The position numbers and the translations under genes were made by a program. From contig NC_086107.1 in assembly GCF_963921235.1 (NCBI RefSeq), forward strand, positions 94,242,001 to 94,306,000: DNA of 64,000 nucleotides. Direction: 5' to 3'. How positions within the stretch are numbered: the first letter of the stretch is position 1; every line of letters starts with the position of its first letter. Below the pieces are notes generated by a model. That model was not told the origin of the DNA, ran no database searches, and was given only the letters and a program-made list of their open reading frames with translations. The stretch is from Mobula hypostoma (taxonomy: Eukaryota). This document shows, one piece after another, positions 63,977 through 64,000 of the stretch.

Positions 63977-64000
63977 GCCTAGCATGGGTACACCCAAAAA

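Noticed and set aside
60350..64000. Upstream POLD1 exon (motif B, QLALKVSANSVYGFTG)
   Set aside because: Not found on the minus strand; the region is repeats and a hAT element.
1..64000. CRISPR array, rRNA or prokaryotic operon
   Set aside because: No regularly spaced repeat-spacer units, rRNA motifs or dense long ORFs; the sequence is eukaryotic intronic DNA.

Overview
Vertebrate nuclear DNA, most likely from a cartilaginous fish (ray or shark; inferred from the repeat families). The whole window lies inside one gene on the minus strand, POLD1 (DNA polymerase delta catalytic subunit). Eight consecutive coding exons, equivalent to human exons 18-25, splice in frame with GT-AG ends. They encode motif C (YGDTDS), the thumb region and the CysA zinc finger. 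The introns are 2.6-16 kb and packed with decayed transposons: CR1, Rex1/Babar-like and Hero-like LINEs, tRNA-derived SINEs, Tc1, Tigger/pogo and hAT DNA transposons, MITEs, and Penelope-like elements (PLEs). Three signals stand out. First, PLE terminal repeats carry minimal hammerhead ribozyme motifs, with one intact core at 12708-12745, a ~480-bp-arm fold-back element, and many short back-to-back derivatives. Second, a ~470-nt non-repeat segment (about 715-1185) is tiled with RNA-type hairpins whose G-U wobbles favour the + strand, antisense to POLD1, and several smaller segments look similar. Third, a hAT left end is shared by a hAT element and a Tigger element. Exon, TIR and stem coordinates were read base by base. 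LINE, SINE and MITE boundaries are approximate, and TE family names come from motif recognition, not database searches.
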